Source: an uncultured bacterium | GTDB taxonomy: Bacteria; Omnitrophota; Omnitrophia; Omnitrophales; Aquincolibacteriaceae | Assembly: GCA_964606385.1 (NCBI GenBank) | Contig: CAZSFZ010000005.1 | Coordinates: forward strand, 40,650 to 104,649 | DNA: 64,000 nucleotides | Direction of reading: 5' to 3' | Shown here: piece after piece, positions 48,220 through 58,290 of the stretch | How the letters are laid out: each line of letters opens with the position of its first letter | Numbering within the stretch: position 1 is the stretch's first letter | The notes under the pieces: generated by a model | Database searches by the model: none | What the model was told of the DNA's origin: nothing | The model's input: the letters and a program-made list of their open reading frames with translations, nothing else | Made by a program: the position numbers and the translations under genes

Positions 48220-48615
48220 TCAGCCCGGACGTTTCTCGATCATCAGATAGGATTCGAAATGGACCTTCCAGTCCAGGATGACGCGGATATGGAGCAGGCC
48301 GTCTTCCTTGATCTCGAGTTCCGGCGGGAAGGCGTGTTTGTGCCAACGAAAAAGAACGCTCGAGGTGACGGGTTCGATATCCATCGGGGGAGTTTTCAGG
48401 ATCCGACCGTCTTCCGTGGAATATTCGATCACTTCTTTATGGAACATCTTGTCCTTGCGCCAGCAAGTGACGGCATAGAGTTTGTCGAAGCGATAAGGGA
48501 AGGCCGTCACATGAAGATTGCTCCGGACGACGTTCGCGGTGTAAGAATCCTGTTCGCCCGGTTCGAAATCCCTGCAGACCATGAATTGTAGGAGGCGGAT
48601 CTTGTCGTGGGACAT
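48220..48615 (-). CDS. Hypothetical protein (131 aa), adjacent (1-nt gap) to the downstream transporter gene
   Basis: Only sizeable minus-strand ORF in this gap; its operon-like adjacency to the transporter supports it. No motif recognised. Confidence 0.5.
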   Translation of the reverse strand: MSHDKIRLLQFMVCRDFEPGEQDSYTANVVRSNLHVTAFPYRFDKLYAVTCWRKDKMFHKEVIEYSTEDGRILKTPPMDIEPVTSSVLFRWHKHAFPPELEIKEDGLLHIRVILDWKVHFESYLMIEKRPG

Positions 48616-48670
48616 GGAGGAATATTAATCAATGAGGCCTGATAATGCAAGGATTGAACAGGCCCCGGGG

Positions 48671-48748
48671 GATGTGGAACGGGTAACTTAGATCGTGACA
48701 GTTGGTTTTCTCTTACCCTATGCTGCATTCCACGTTTGGCGTTTCCCG
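48671..48748. repeat. Weaker copy of the heptamer inverted-repeat family (GTGGAACG GGTAAC ... CACGTTTGG CGTTTCCCG) in the divergent intergenic region
   Basis: GTGGAACGGGTAA at 48674-48686 pairs with TTACCC/TTCCAC around 48714-48732, with a wider loop than the other copies. Confidence 0.35.
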
Positions 48749-49007
48749 ATCCCGTATTTTCCCTTGAAAATCGCGTCTTAAAATCATACAATGCAGGCTA
48801 CAAGTCGCAGGGGTTGGTGAGGGCCCGTCAGAGGCCTTCGAACGACTTAGAAGCCTTTCAAAGTACCCCCGTTCCATGCCTCATACTTGGAATATCCGGT
48901 GGATACGCAGTAGAAAGAAGTAGGCGCTCCGTGTGTTTTGATACGGGTTCTTTTTCTGCCCGCTTTGCATTGACATTATAAACCTCGAACCGATAAGGAA
49001 TTATAAA

Positions 49008-52000
49008 ATGGCCGAACAAACCCTCGAAAAATCCGAAGCAAAATCCACCGGTAAAAAATTCGTTACGATGGATGGCGGCGAAGCCGTCGCCCACGTAGCG
49101 TTCCGCATCAACGAATGTATCGCGATCTATCCCATTACGCCTTCCTCCACCATGGGGGAATGGGCGGATGAATGGGCCGCCCAGGGCAGGAAGAATATCT
49201 GGGGGACCGTTCCGTCGGTTTCCGAGCTCCAGAGCGAAGCGGGCGCGGCGGGTGCCGTGCACGGCGCGCTTCAGCGCGGCGCTTTGACGACGACTTTTAC
49301 CGCGTCGCAGGGTCTTCTTCTCATGATCCCGAATATGTATAAGATCGCCGGCGAACTCACCGCGACCGTGATGCATGTCTCCGCTCGTTCTCTCGCGTGC
49401 CAGGCGCTCTCGATCTTCGGCGACCATTCGGATGTCATGTCGGTGCGTCAGACCGGTTACGCGCTTCTGGCTTCGAACTCAGTCCAGGAAGCGATGGATT
49501 TCGCGCTTATCTCACAAGCGGCCAGCCTTGAGTCCCGTATTCCTTTCCTTCATTTCTTTGACGGTTTCCGGACCTCCCACGAAGTTCAAAAGATATGCGT
49601 TGTTTCCGATGACCAGATCCGCAGCATGATCGATATGAACCGGGTCTTGGAACATCGTGCCCGCGCGCTTTCCCCGGACAATCCCGTGCTTCGCGGCACC
49701 GCGCAGAACCCGGACGTTTATTTCCAGGGCCGTGAGACGGTGAACAAGTTCTATACCGCCTGTCCCGATATCGTCCAGAAGACGATGGATAAATTCGCAA
49801 GCATCACCGGCCGGAAATACCAGTTGTTCGAATATTTCGGAGCCAAGGACGCCGATCAGGTCATCGTGATCATGGGTTCGGGCGTCGAAGTGGTCACCGA
49901 GACCGTCAAAGCGCTGAACGCCAAGGGCGCGAAATTCGGCTGCCTGAAGGTTTCTTTGTACCGTCCTTTCGATGTGAAACGTTTCATGAGCCTCATCCCG
50001 CAGACGGTCAAGAACCTGATCGTGTTGGACCGCACCAAAGAACCGGGGTCGCTCGGCGAGCCTCTTTATATGGATGTGGCCACCGCACTCCAGGAAGCCG
50101 CGCAGAACGGCTGGGCCAAGTTCAATCAGACGCCTAAGGTCTATGGCGGCCGTTACGGTCTTTCCTCAAAGGAATTCACACCCGCGATGGTGAAAGGTAT
50201 TTTCGACGCCTTTGCGGCCGGGAAAGGGAAACACGGGTTCACGATCGGTATTACCGACGATGTGACGAACCTGAGCCTTGATTATGACTCGGAATTTTCG
50301 ATTGAGTCCGATTCCACCAAGCGCGCGCTTTTCTACGGCTTGGGCGCGGACGGTACGGTGGGCGCGAACAAGAACTCCATCAAGATCATTGGGGAAAATA
50401 CGGAAAACTACGGTCAGGGGTATTTCGTCTACGATTCCAAAAAGTCCGGCGCGATCACGGTGTCGCATCTCCGCTTCGGGCCCGAGCCTATCCGCTCTCC
50501 GTATCTCATCAGTAAGGCTCATTTTGTGGCGTGTCATCAGACCGTATTCCTCGAAAAATACGATATGCTTCGCAATGTCATGCCGGGCGGAACTTTTCTC
50601 CTGAACGCTCCCTGGGGCGCCGAAGAAGTGTGGCCGAATATTCCCGTCGAAGTCCAGAAGCAGATCATCGAGAAAAAACTGAAATTGTTCGTGATCGATG
50701 CTTACAAGGTCGCGGCCGACAGCGGCATGGGGATGAGGATCAACACGATCATGCAGGTCTGCTTTTTCGCGATCTCCGGCGTGCTGCCGCGCGAGCAGGC
50801 GATCGAAGAGATCAAGAAATCGATCAAGAAGACGTATGGCAAGAAGGGCGATGAGGTCGTTCAGCAGAATCTCAAGGCCGTGGATATGACGCTCGCGCAT
50901 CTCCATGAAGTGAAAGTGCCCGCGACAGCCGATAGCAAGCTTAAACGGCTTGCTCCTGTGACTGAGAATGCCCCGGAGTTCGTGAAAAATGTTCTTGGCC
51001 TTATTGTTCAGGGCCGCGGCGACGAACTTCCCGTGAGCGCGATGCCGGTCGACGGCACCTTTCCAACTGCAACGACCCAGTACGAAAAGCGCAATATCGC
51101 GCTGGAGATCCCGGTGTGGGAGCAAGACATTTGTATCCAGTGCGGTAAGTGTAATTTTGTGTGTCCGCATGCCGTGATCCGCATGAAGGTTTATGACCCG
51201 AAGCATCTTGAAGGCGCTCCGGAAGGATTTAAATCCGCGGATGCCAAGATGCCGGATTTTAAAGGACAGAAGTTCACGATCCAGATCGCGCCCGAGGATT
51301 GCACCGGTTGCGGCCTTTGCGTGGATACGTGTCCGGCGAAGAGCAAAACGGATCCCAAGAAAAAAGCCATCAATATGGCGCCTCAGATGCCGCTTCGCTG
51401 CGTCGAGGCTCCCAAGTGGGAGTTCTTCCTCAATATTCCGGAATATGACCGCCGGAAGTTGAAAACGACGATGATCAATCAGCAGCAAGCAATGCGTCCG
51501 CTCTTTGAATTCTCCGGGGCTTGCGCCGGTTGCGGCGAAACGCCTTACGTTAAGATCGTGTCCCAGCTTTTCGGGGACCGGGCCGTGATCGCCAATGCTA
51601 CCGGTTGTTCTTCCATTTACGGAGGCAACCTGCCGACGACGCCATGGGCCCAGGACGCGAACGGCCGTGGTCCGGCGTGGTCGAATTCACTTTTTGAGGA
51701 TTGCGCCGAATTCGGATTCGGTTTCCGGATGGCGATCGATAAGCAGAAAGAATATGCCTCGGAACTTCTCGTGAAGCTTCAAGACAAGATCGGCGCGGAC
51801 CTCGTGCAGGGGCTTTTAAAGGCTTCGCAGCAGACCGAAGCCGAGATCTACGATCAACGCGAACGCGTCGCCGAGCTCAAAAAGAAACTTGCGACGCTTG
51901 GTAATGACGCGGATGTTAAGGACCTTCTTAGCATTGCGGATACGCTTGTGAAAAAGAGCGTCTGGTTGTTTGGCGGCGACGGTTGGGCTTACGATATCGG

Positions 52001-52631
52001 GTTCGGCGGCCTGGATCATGTGCTCGCTTCGGGCAAGAACGTGAATGCCTTCGTGCTTGATACGGAGGTTTATTCCAACACGGGCGGTCAGGCTTCAAAA
52101 TCCACCCCGCGCGCCGCGACGGCAAAGTTTGCGATGGGTGGAAAAGCCGGCGGCAAGAAAGACCTCGGCATGATCGCTATGTCTTACGGGAATATCTATG
52201 TTGCGACGATCGCGATGGGGGCGAACGATCAGCAGGCCCTGAAGGCGATCCAGGAGGCCGAGTCCTATGACGGCCCATCGCTTATCATCGCGTACAGCCA
52301 TTGCATCGCGCACGGCATCAATATGATCAACGGGCTTCAGGATCAAAAGGCCGCGGTGGCGTCCGGTCAATGGATCCTTTACCGATTCGATCCGCGCCGT
52401 ACCGAAAAGGGGGAGAATCCGCTTGTGCTGGATTCTAAGGCGCCCACGATCCCGCTTGAGCAGTACCTCAAGATGGAGAACCGTTTCAAGATGATCATGA
52501 AGAGCAATCCCGAAGAAGCCAAGAAGCTTTTCGAGATCGCGCAAAAAGAAGTCACGGCGCGGTGGAAGCGTTTCGAGTATTTGGCGCAGGCGAAACCTTC
52601 GATCGAAGCCCCCAACCCGACGACCGTTTAA
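49008..52631 (+). CDS. nifJ: Pyruvate:ferredoxin (flavodoxin) oxidoreductase, single-chain PFOR
   Basis: Two 4Fe-4S ferredoxin motifs (CIQCGKCNFVCPHA; CTGCGLCVDTCPA), TPP-binding GGDGWAYDIGFGGLDHV, ~1200 aa. Confidence 0.95.
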   Translation: MAEQTLEKSEAKSTGKKFVTMDGGEAVAHVAFRINECIAIYPITPSSTMGEWADEWAAQGRKNIWGTVPSVSELQSEAGAAGAVHGALQRGALTTTFTASQGLLLMIPNMYKIAGELTATVMHVSARSLACQALSIFGDHSDVMSVRQTGYALLASNSVQEAMDFALISQAASLESRIPFLHFFDGFRTSHEVQKICVVSDDQIRSMIDMNRVLEHRARALSPDNPVLRGTAQNPDVYFQGRETVNKFYTACPDIVQKTMDKFASITGRKYQLFEYFGAKDADQVIVIMGSGVEVVTETVKALNAKGAKFGCLKVSLYRPFDVKRFMSLIPQTVKNLIVLDRTKEPGSLGEPLYMDVATALQEAAQNGWAKFNQTPKVYGGRYGLSSKEFTPAMVKGIFDAFAAGKGKHGFTIGITDDVTNLSLDYDSEFSIESDSTKRALFYGLGADGTVGANKNSIKIIGENTENYGQGYFVYDSKKSGAITVSHLRFGPEPIRSPYLISKAHFVACHQTVFLEKYDMLRNVMPGGTFLLNAPWGAEEVWPNIPVEVQKQIIEKKLKLFVIDAYKVAADSGMGMRINTIMQVCFFAISGVLPREQAIEEIKKSIKKTYGKKGDEVVQQNLKAVDMTLAHLHEVKVPATADSKLKRLAPVTENAPEFVKNVLGLIVQGRGDELPVSAMPVDGTFPTATTQYEKRNIALEIPVWEQDICIQCGKCNFVCPHAVIRMKVYDPKHLEGAPEGFKSADAKMPDFKGQKFTIQIAPEDCTGCGLCVDTCPAKSKTDPKKKAINMAPQMPLRCVEAPKWEFFLNIPEYDRRKLKTTMINQQQAMRPLFEFSGACAGCGETPYVKIVSQLFGDRAVIANATGCSSIYGGNLPTTPWAQDANGRGPAWSNSLFEDCAEFGFGFRMAIDKQKEYASELLVKLQDKIGADLVQGLLKASQQTEAEIYDQRERVAELKKKLATLGNDADVKDLLSIADTLVKKSVWLFGGDGWAYDIGFGGLDHVLASGKNVNAFVLDTEVYSNTGGQASKSTPRAATAKFAMGGKAGGKKDLGMIAMSYGNIYVATIAMGANDQQALKAIQEAESYDGPSLIIAYSHCIAHGINMINGLQDQKAAVASGQWILYRFDPRRTEKGENPLVLDSKAPTIPLEQYLKMENRFKMIMKSNPEEAKKLFEIAQKEVTARWKRFEYLAQAKPSIEAPNPTTV

Positions 52632-52642
52632 GGAGAAAAAGT

Positions 52643-54781
52643 ATGAGCGCAGAGGCTGTGGTGACATCCAAGAAGAAAGATCTGAAGGCCCTTTTTGAAC
52701 CGAAGGTCATCGCGGTGGTCGGAGCCTCCCGGCGTACCGAGGCGGTAGGCTACGCCATTCTTAAAAACCTTTTGCAGACCGGGTATAAAGGCAAGATCTA
52801 TCCGGTGAACCCCAAAGCGGCGGATATCCTGGGTGTGAAATGCATCCCGACCGTGGCGGAGATCCCTGAAGAGATCGATATGGCGGTCTTTATCATTCCC
52901 GGGGCTTCCGTTCCTGCGGAGCTGGAGGCTTGCGCGAAAAAAGGCGCGCGCGCCGCGATCGTTATTTCGGCTGGTTTCCGGGAGATCGGGGGCGAAGGGG
53001 TCAAGCTCGAACAGGAGATCAAACGTATTTCCGATCAATACGGCATCGCCGTGTTGGGTCCCAATTGTCTCGGGCTTATCAACAATGACCCGAACTTTTC
53101 CGTCAATGCGAGTTTTGCCGGAACGATCCCCAAGAACGGGAACATCGCTTTCATTTCTCAGAGCGGGGCATTGGGGACGGCGCTTTTGGATTATGCTCAC
53201 GGCGAAAATGTCGGCTTTTCGAAATTTGTGAGCCTTGGGAATAAAGTGGATGTCACGGAGCTCGAGATCCTTCAATACCTGAAAGACGATCCGAATACCG
53301 ATGTGATCATGATGTACCTTGAGGACATCGGAAAAGGCCAGGAATTCATTGAGATCGCCCGCGAGATCACGGGAGATATCGCCAAGACTAAACCGATCCT
53401 TGTACTCAAGTCGGGCCGTACGGCACAAGGCGCCAAAGCTGCGAGTTCTCATACGGGCTCCCTGATGGGGGCCGACGAGGTTTATGACGCCGTATTCACT
53501 CAATCGGGTGTCATGCGCGTGGATTCCGCGCAGGAAATGTTCGATCTCGCGATCGTGTTCGCGAATCAGCCCCTCATGAAGGGGAACCGCGTTGCGATCG
53601 TGACGAATGCCGGAGGGCCGGGCATTATGGCGACGGATGCCTGCGTCAAGTTCGGACTTCAGATGGCCGAGATGAGCCCGGTGACGGTCGCCAAGCTCAA
53701 GGAAAAACTTCCGCCCACCTCAAATTTCTCCAATCCGATCGATGTGATCGGGGATGCCCAGCACGATCGCTACGAACACGCGCTGCGCTGCGTGATCGCG
53801 GAACCCAATGTGGACGGTGTGTTGGTTCTTCTCACGCCTCAGGCGATGACAGAGGCGGAGGCAACGGCAAAAATTATTGTGGATGTTGATAAAGAATCGG
53901 ACAAAACGATCGTGACTTGCTTCATGGGGCATTCGGATGTCGAGGCGGGTGTGAAAGTCCTCAAAGAGCACATGATCCCTCATTGTTCTTTCCCGGAGGA
54001 TTCGGCGCGGACGCTGGCCGCGATGAACCGGTACCAGCAGTGGCTTCACCGATCCCGGACCGGCGTGAAGCATTATCCCGTGGACCGCCAGGCTGCGGAT
54101 GTTGTTATTATGAGAGCGCAGAAGGAAAAGCAAAAGTTCCTTCCGATCAATCAGTCGATGGAGATTTTTAGCGCTTACAAGTTTCCGGTGATCCCTTGGG
54201 CGTTTGTCCGTACGGCCGAAGATGCCTGGGAGCAGGCGGTGAAGATCGGTTTTCCGGTCGTGATGAAAGTTGTTTCCCAGCAGATCATCCACAAAGTCGA
54301 CGTGGGCGGCGTGCGTCTTAATTTGAACAACGCGGATGATGTTCAGCATGCGTTCAAGGACATCATGGCGGTGGGCGAACGGCTCCGGGCCAAGATCGAC
54401 GGTGTTTTCATGCAGCGTATGGCCCCTAAAGGCAGGGAAGTTATCCTCGGGATGAAGCGGGATCCCCATTTCGGTCCGATCCTGATGTTCGGGCTCGGCG
54501 GCATCTATGTGGAAGCCTTAAAGGACGTCACGTTCCGCGTGGCTCCGATCCGTGAGCTGAGCGCTTATGACATGCTGCGCAACATCCGCGCTTTCAAGCT
54601 TCTCGAAGGCGTGCGCGGCGAACCGCCGGCGGACCTTGAAGCGATCGCGGACTGTCTCAAACGGCTTTCCCAGCTTTCCTGTGACCATCCCGACATCGAC
54701 GAGATCGATATCAATCCCTTGATGGTGTATGGCGAAGGCAAGGGTGCCGGCGTGATTGATGCCCGCATCATTTTAAAATAA
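52643..54781 (+). CDS. Acetyl-CoA synthetase (ADP-forming), fused alpha/beta; acetate--CoA ligase
   Basis: CoA-binding KVIAVVGASRRTEAVGYAI, succinyl-CoA-synthetase-like ligase-CoA domain, C-terminal ATP-grasp; RBS AGGAGA 6 nt upstream of ATG 52643, 11 nt after the PFOR stop. Confidence 0.88.
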   Translation: MSAEAVVTSKKKDLKALFEPKVIAVVGASRRTEAVGYAILKNLLQTGYKGKIYPVNPKAADILGVKCIPTVAEIPEEIDMAVFIIPGASVPAELEACAKKGARAAIVISAGFREIGGEGVKLEQEIKRISDQYGIAVLGPNCLGLINNDPNFSVNASFAGTIPKNGNIAFISQSGALGTALLDYAHGENVGFSKFVSLGNKVDVTELEILQYLKDDPNTDVIMMYLEDIGKGQEFIEIAREITGDIAKTKPILVLKSGRTAQGAKAASSHTGSLMGADEVYDAVFTQSGVMRVDSAQEMFDLAIVFANQPLMKGNRVAIVTNAGGPGIMATDACVKFGLQMAEMSPVTVAKLKEKLPPTSNFSNPIDVIGDAQHDRYEHALRCVIAEPNVDGVLVLLTPQAMTEAEATAKIIVDVDKESDKTIVTCFMGHSDVEAGVKVLKEHMIPHCSFPEDSARTLAAMNRYQQWLHRSRTGVKHYPVDRQAADVVIMRAQKEKQKFLPINQSMEIFSAYKFPVIPWAFVRTAEDAWEQAVKIGFPVVMKVVSQQIIHKVDVGGVRLNLNNADDVQHAFKDIMAVGERLRAKIDGVFMQRMAPKGREVILGMKRDPHFGPILMFGLGGIYVEALKDVTFRVAPIRELSAYDMLRNIRAFKLLEGVRGEPPADLEAIADCLKRLSQLSCDHPDIDEIDINPLMVYGEGKGAGVIDARIILK

Positions 54782-54840
54782 AGTAGTTATCGGGAGTCGG
54801 GTACTCGCGTGCTATGATGGATGTGGAATAGAGGTGGTTT

Positions 54841-55566
54841 ATGACCGAGATCCATAAGCTGACGTCATTCATTGACAGTCTTCACTACCGGGAACAAACC
54901 GGTCCCCAGATCAATCCCCAAAGAGGTTGTTTCCCCTTCATCACGATATCACGCCAGGCCGGTGCCGGGGGGAACGCCCTCGCGGCCGCTCTCGAACAAA
55001 AGATCCAGAAACTCCAGACGGAACCTCTCTTTCGCGGATGGCAGGTGTACGGCCATCAATTATGCGAAATCGTCGCGCAAGATCCCAAGCTCCGGGACCT
55101 TGTCGATTCCCTGAGGCGCATCGAATATCATTCCCAGGCCGAAGATATGATCGCGCAGCTCATTCACGGCGGCTCCTCGCAGGATCTTGTCGTCAAAAAG
55201 ATGTTCCATCTGATAAGGACTTTCGCGATCCACGGAAAGGTAATCTTCGTCGGCCGGGGATCGACCCATTTGACCCAGGATCTGCCGCTCGGGATCCATG
55301 TGAGGCTCGAGGCGTCCATGGAATCAAGGATCAAGCGCATGATGGCGGATTTCGGCCCGGACGAAAAGAAGGTGCGGCAGGTCATCGAAGAAAAGGACAA
55401 GGCGAAGGCCGTTCTCGTAAAGACTTTCTTCAATAAGGACGTCGGCAATCCTCTTTTGTACGATGTCCAGTGGAATACGGACCGCGTTTCGATCGACGAG
55501 ATCGCCAAGATCCTGATCGAGATGATCCGCGACAAGGCCGCACTGAACAACCCAAAAAGCTTTTGA
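54841..55566 (+). CDS. Cytidylate kinase-like family protein
   Basis: FPFITISRQAGAGGNALAAALEQK, matching the N-terminal motif of the cytidylate-kinase-like family. Confidence 0.7.
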   Translation: MTEIHKLTSFIDSLHYREQTGPQINPQRGCFPFITISRQAGAGGNALAAALEQKIQKLQTEPLFRGWQVYGHQLCEIVAQDPKLRDLVDSLRRIEYHSQAEDMIAQLIHGGSSQDLVVKKMFHLIRTFAIHGKVIFVGRGSTHLTQDLPLGIHVRLEASMESRIKRMMADFGPDEKKVRQVIEEKDKAKAVLVKTFFNKDVGNPLLYDVQWNTDRVSIDEIAKILIEMIRDKAALNNPKSF

Positions 55567-55579
55567 AGGAATGTTTAGT

Positions 55580-55650
55580 GCGGCACTCGCTTTCAATAAA
55601 ATTTTTATGAGAGCCAGTGCCGCCGGAGTTTATTAGCGTCGTTTTTTTAT
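55580..55650 (+). terminator. Possible terminator: 11/12-bp hairpin (GCGGCACTCGCT ... AGCCAGTGCCGC) with a downstream T-run
   Basis: The hairpin is 14 nt after the stop; the T7 run is ~18 nt downstream of the stem, so this is atypical. Confidence 0.3.
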
Positions 55651-55982
55651 TTTCAAGTATTTTTTTCGAAAAAAAATATCTCCGACCGTTCCCTCGCTAA
55701 AAAAATCTGATTATTTTTCTTGAAACTTTTTTCTGATGCGAATATCATCCTCGCTGTTTGAAATAAATCCTTGTGGGGCGGCATCCATTAAAATTTTTCA
55801 GAGGTTCGGGATTCATAAGCAACCCGCAAAACAAAGTTCGCTTCAGAGTTCTAGCAGCATTCAATATGGTTCATAACGAGAGTTCATGATTCACCGCTTG
55901 TACTAGATATGGGGCAGGGCCAAAAAAAACTACAATATATGGCCTTGTAGCCGATAACTAGGAGGCGAATAAGGGAGATCCT
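55651..55982 (+). promoter_or_regulatory. AT-rich leader/promoter region of nrdD with an A/T palindrome (ATTTTTTTTCGAAAAAAAAT) and two NrdR-box-like sequences (CAATATATGG at ~55936; CAATATGG at ~55860)
   Basis: Composition shift; palindromes read directly; partial resemblance to the NrdR box core (C-w-A-t-A-T-a-T-w-G). Confidence 0.35.
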
Positions 55983-58043
55983 ATGGCTGATATGTTCCTT
56001 TCCAAGAAGATCACCAGCATCCGCAAACGCGATGGTTCCATCGTTCCGTTCGATGGCGCCAAGATCTATAACGCGATCGTGAAGGCGGGGCAGGCGACGG
56101 GGGAATATGACGGCGCGGAAGCCCAGATCTTAACCTTAGAAGTTGTAAAAGTTATTGATAACCGTTACTCTCCGGGATTCCTCGATATCGAAAAGATCCA
56201 GGATATCGTGGAGCAGGTCCTCATCTCCTCGAATCATCTCAAAACCGCCCGCGCGTACATCGTCTACCGCGAACAGCACAAGAAGTTGCGCCGTGATAAG
56301 AAGACGGTAGTCGACGTTACCTCGTCCGTGAACGAATACCTTTATAAGCTCGATTGGCGCGTGAACGCGAACGCCAATCAGGGTTATTCCCTCGGCGGCA
56401 TGATCCTCAATATATCCGGCAAGGTGATCGCGAACTATTGGCTCTCTCATGTCTATCCCGAAGAAGTCGCGAACGCCCATCGCCACGGGGATGTCCATAT
56501 CCACGATCTGGACATGCTCTCGGGTTATTGCGCGGGGTGGTCTCTCAAAACGCTCATCCGCGAAGGTTTCAACGGGGTTCCCGACAAAGTGGAATCGGCT
56601 CCCCCGAAACATCTGAGCTCCGCGGTCGGGCAAATGGTGAATTTTCTCGGTACGCTACAGAACGAATGGGCAGGCGCGCAGGCGTTCTCTTCTTTCGATA
56701 CCTATCTTGCGCCGTTCATCCGGATCGACAAGCTTCCGTATGAAGAGGTGAAACAGAGCATTCAGGAATTCATCTATAACCTGAATGTTCCTTCCCGCTG
56801 GGGGACGCAGACGCCTTTCACGAACGTGACCTTTGACTGGACCTGCCCGGAGGACCTCAAGAACGAGCATCCGGTCATCGGCGGCAAGGAAGTGGATTTT
56901 GTGTACGGGGACCTGCAGGAAGAAATGGCCATGATCAACAAGGCTTATATCGAGGTCATGATGCGCGGCGACGCCAAGGGCCGCGTGTTCACGTTCCCGA
57001 TCCCGACCTACAACATTACGCCGGACTTTGACTGGGACCATCCCAACTGTGAGCCGCTTTTTGAGATGACCGCGAAGTACGGGTTGCCTTATTTTCAGAA
57101 CTTCCTCAATTCAGACCTCAAACCGAATCATGTCCGTTCCATGTGCTGCCGGCTTCAGCTCGATCTCCGCGAACTCCTGAAACGCGGGAACGGCCTTTTT
57201 GGTTCCGCGGAACAGACCGGTTCGCTCGGCGTCGTGACGCTCAATTGTGCCAGGATCGGTTATCTCTCTAAAGGGGACGAAAATGCTTTCTTTAACCGCA
57301 TCGATACGCTTCTCCAGATCGCGAAGACGAGCCTCGAGCTCAAACGCAAGATCATCCAGCGTCACATGGACGCCGGGCTTTTCCCGTATACCAAACGCTA
57401 TCTCGGGACGCTCCGTAATCATTTTTCAACGATCGGCGTGAACGGGATCAATGAATGCGTCCGCAATTTCACAAGCGGCAAGGAGAATATTACGACCCAG
57501 GCCGGCTATGAGTTCGCGCTCAAGATGCTCGATCATATCCGCGCGCGCATCGTCGCTTTTCAGGAGGAGACGGGTCATCTGTACAATCTTGAAGCGACGC
57601 CCGCGGAAGGCGCGACCTATCGTTTTGCCAGAGAGGACCTCAAGCGCTTTCCGGACATTCTCCATGCCGGGACCGCCGAGCGCCCCTACTACACGAATTC
57701 TTCCCAGCTGCCGGCGGGGTTCACGGACGATCCGTTCGAAGCTTTGGGGCGCCAGGAGGCCTTGCAGCGGCGCTATACCGGCGGGACGGTGCTGCATCTT
57801 TACATGGGGGAACGCGTTTCGAGTTCGGAGTCCTGCAAAAAGCTTGTGCGGCGGGCCCTGGAAGGCTACCGGATCCCTTATATCACGATCACGCCGACCT
57901 TTTCGATCTGTCCGACGCACGGTTATCTGGCCGGCGAACATGAATTCTGCACGAAGTGTGATCAGGAGCTTATCAATCAAAAAATGTTCCAGCCTGAGAC
58001 CGCGGGATCCGAGTCCGCCGCGGCCACGGAAATCAAGGTTTAA
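55983..58043 (+). CDS. nrdD: Anaerobic ribonucleoside-triphosphate reductase (class III) large protein, lacking the C-terminal glycyl-radical segment
   Basis: N-terminal ATP-cone (ITSIRKRDGSIVPFDGAKIYNAIVKAG), class III RNR core, C-terminal Cys cluster CPTHGYLAGEHEFCTKCD. It ends at TAA 58041-58043, in-frame with the next ORF. Confidence 0.9.
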   Translation: MADMFLSKKITSIRKRDGSIVPFDGAKIYNAIVKAGQATGEYDGAEAQILTLEVVKVIDNRYSPGFLDIEKIQDIVEQVLISSNHLKTARAYIVYREQHKKLRRDKKTVVDVTSSVNEYLYKLDWRVNANANQGYSLGGMILNISGKVIANYWLSHVYPEEVANAHRHGDVHIHDLDMLSGYCAGWSLKTLIREGFNGVPDKVESAPPKHLSSAVGQMVNFLGTLQNEWAGAQAFSSFDTYLAPFIRIDKLPYEEVKQSIQEFIYNLNVPSRWGTQTPFTNVTFDWTCPEDLKNEHPVIGGKEVDFVYGDLQEEMAMINKAYIEVMMRGDAKGRVFTFPIPTYNITPDFDWDHPNCEPLFEMTAKYGLPYFQNFLNSDLKPNHVRSMCCRLQLDLRELLKRGNGLFGSAEQTGSLGVVTLNCARIGYLSKGDENAFFNRIDTLLQIAKTSLELKRKIIQRHMDAGLFPYTKRYLGTLRNHFSTIGVNGINECVRNFTSGKENITTQAGYEFALKMLDHIRARIVAFQEETGHLYNLEATPAEGATYRFAREDLKRFPDILHAGTAERPYYTNSSQLPAGFTDDPFEALGRQEALQRRYTGGTVLHLYMGERVSSSESCKKLVRRALEGYRIPYITITPTFSICPTHGYLAGEHEFCTKCDQELINQKMFQPETAGSESAAATEIKV

Positions 58044-58058
58044 ACAGAGGAGGCAAGG

Positions 58059-58232
58059 ATGACCCAGGATCAAGTCGTTTTGAAAGACGAAGAACGGACG
58101 CGCTGCGAGGTCTGGACGCGCGTGATGGGGTATCATCGCCCGGTCGCCGGGTTCAATGTGGGGAAAAAAGGCGAATTTTATGAACGGAAATATTTCGCCG
58201 AGCCCAAAGAAGCCGGGTGCGGTTGTTCCTAG
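58059..58232 (+). CDS. Stand-alone NrdD C-terminal glycyl-radical domain (57 aa)
   Basis: RCEVWTRVMGYHRPVAGFNVGKKGEFYERKYF matches the class III RNR glycyl-radical motif (R-V-x-G-Y-x-R-P-V ... G-K ... E-R-K). RBS GAGGAGG 6 nt upstream. Same reading frame as nrdD, separated only by one TAA and 5 codons. Confidence 0.65.
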   Translation: MTQDQVVLKDEERTRCEVWTRVMGYHRPVAGFNVGKKGEFYERKYFAEPKEAGCGCS

Positions 58233-58265
58233 CACTGCATTTTAAAAAATAACGGTTTGCAGTGC
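58232..58265. repeat. 8-bp perfect palindrome pair GCACTGCA...TGCAGTGC with an AT-rich 18-nt loop, overlapping the stop of the glycyl-radical mini-ORF
   Basis: Read directly; possible attenuator or terminator between the mini-ORF and nrdG. Confidence 0.4.
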
Positions 58266-58290
58266 TTGTACCGTTAACCCATGAAATCTA

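Noticed and set aside
48940-49007. TTGACA at ~48968 upstream of PFOR as a -35 box
   Set aside because: No acceptable -10 hexamer at 16-18 nt spacing (TATAAA follows after only 1 nt), so no promoter call was made.
55800-55830. GAGGTTCGGGATTC resembling a tRNA T-loop; other intergenic regions were also scanned for tRNA, rRNA and CRISPR arrays
   Set aside because: No acceptor, D or anticodon stems can be built around it. No GTTCGAATC-type T-loops with cloverleaf context were found anywhere. No spaced direct repeats typical of CRISPR were found.
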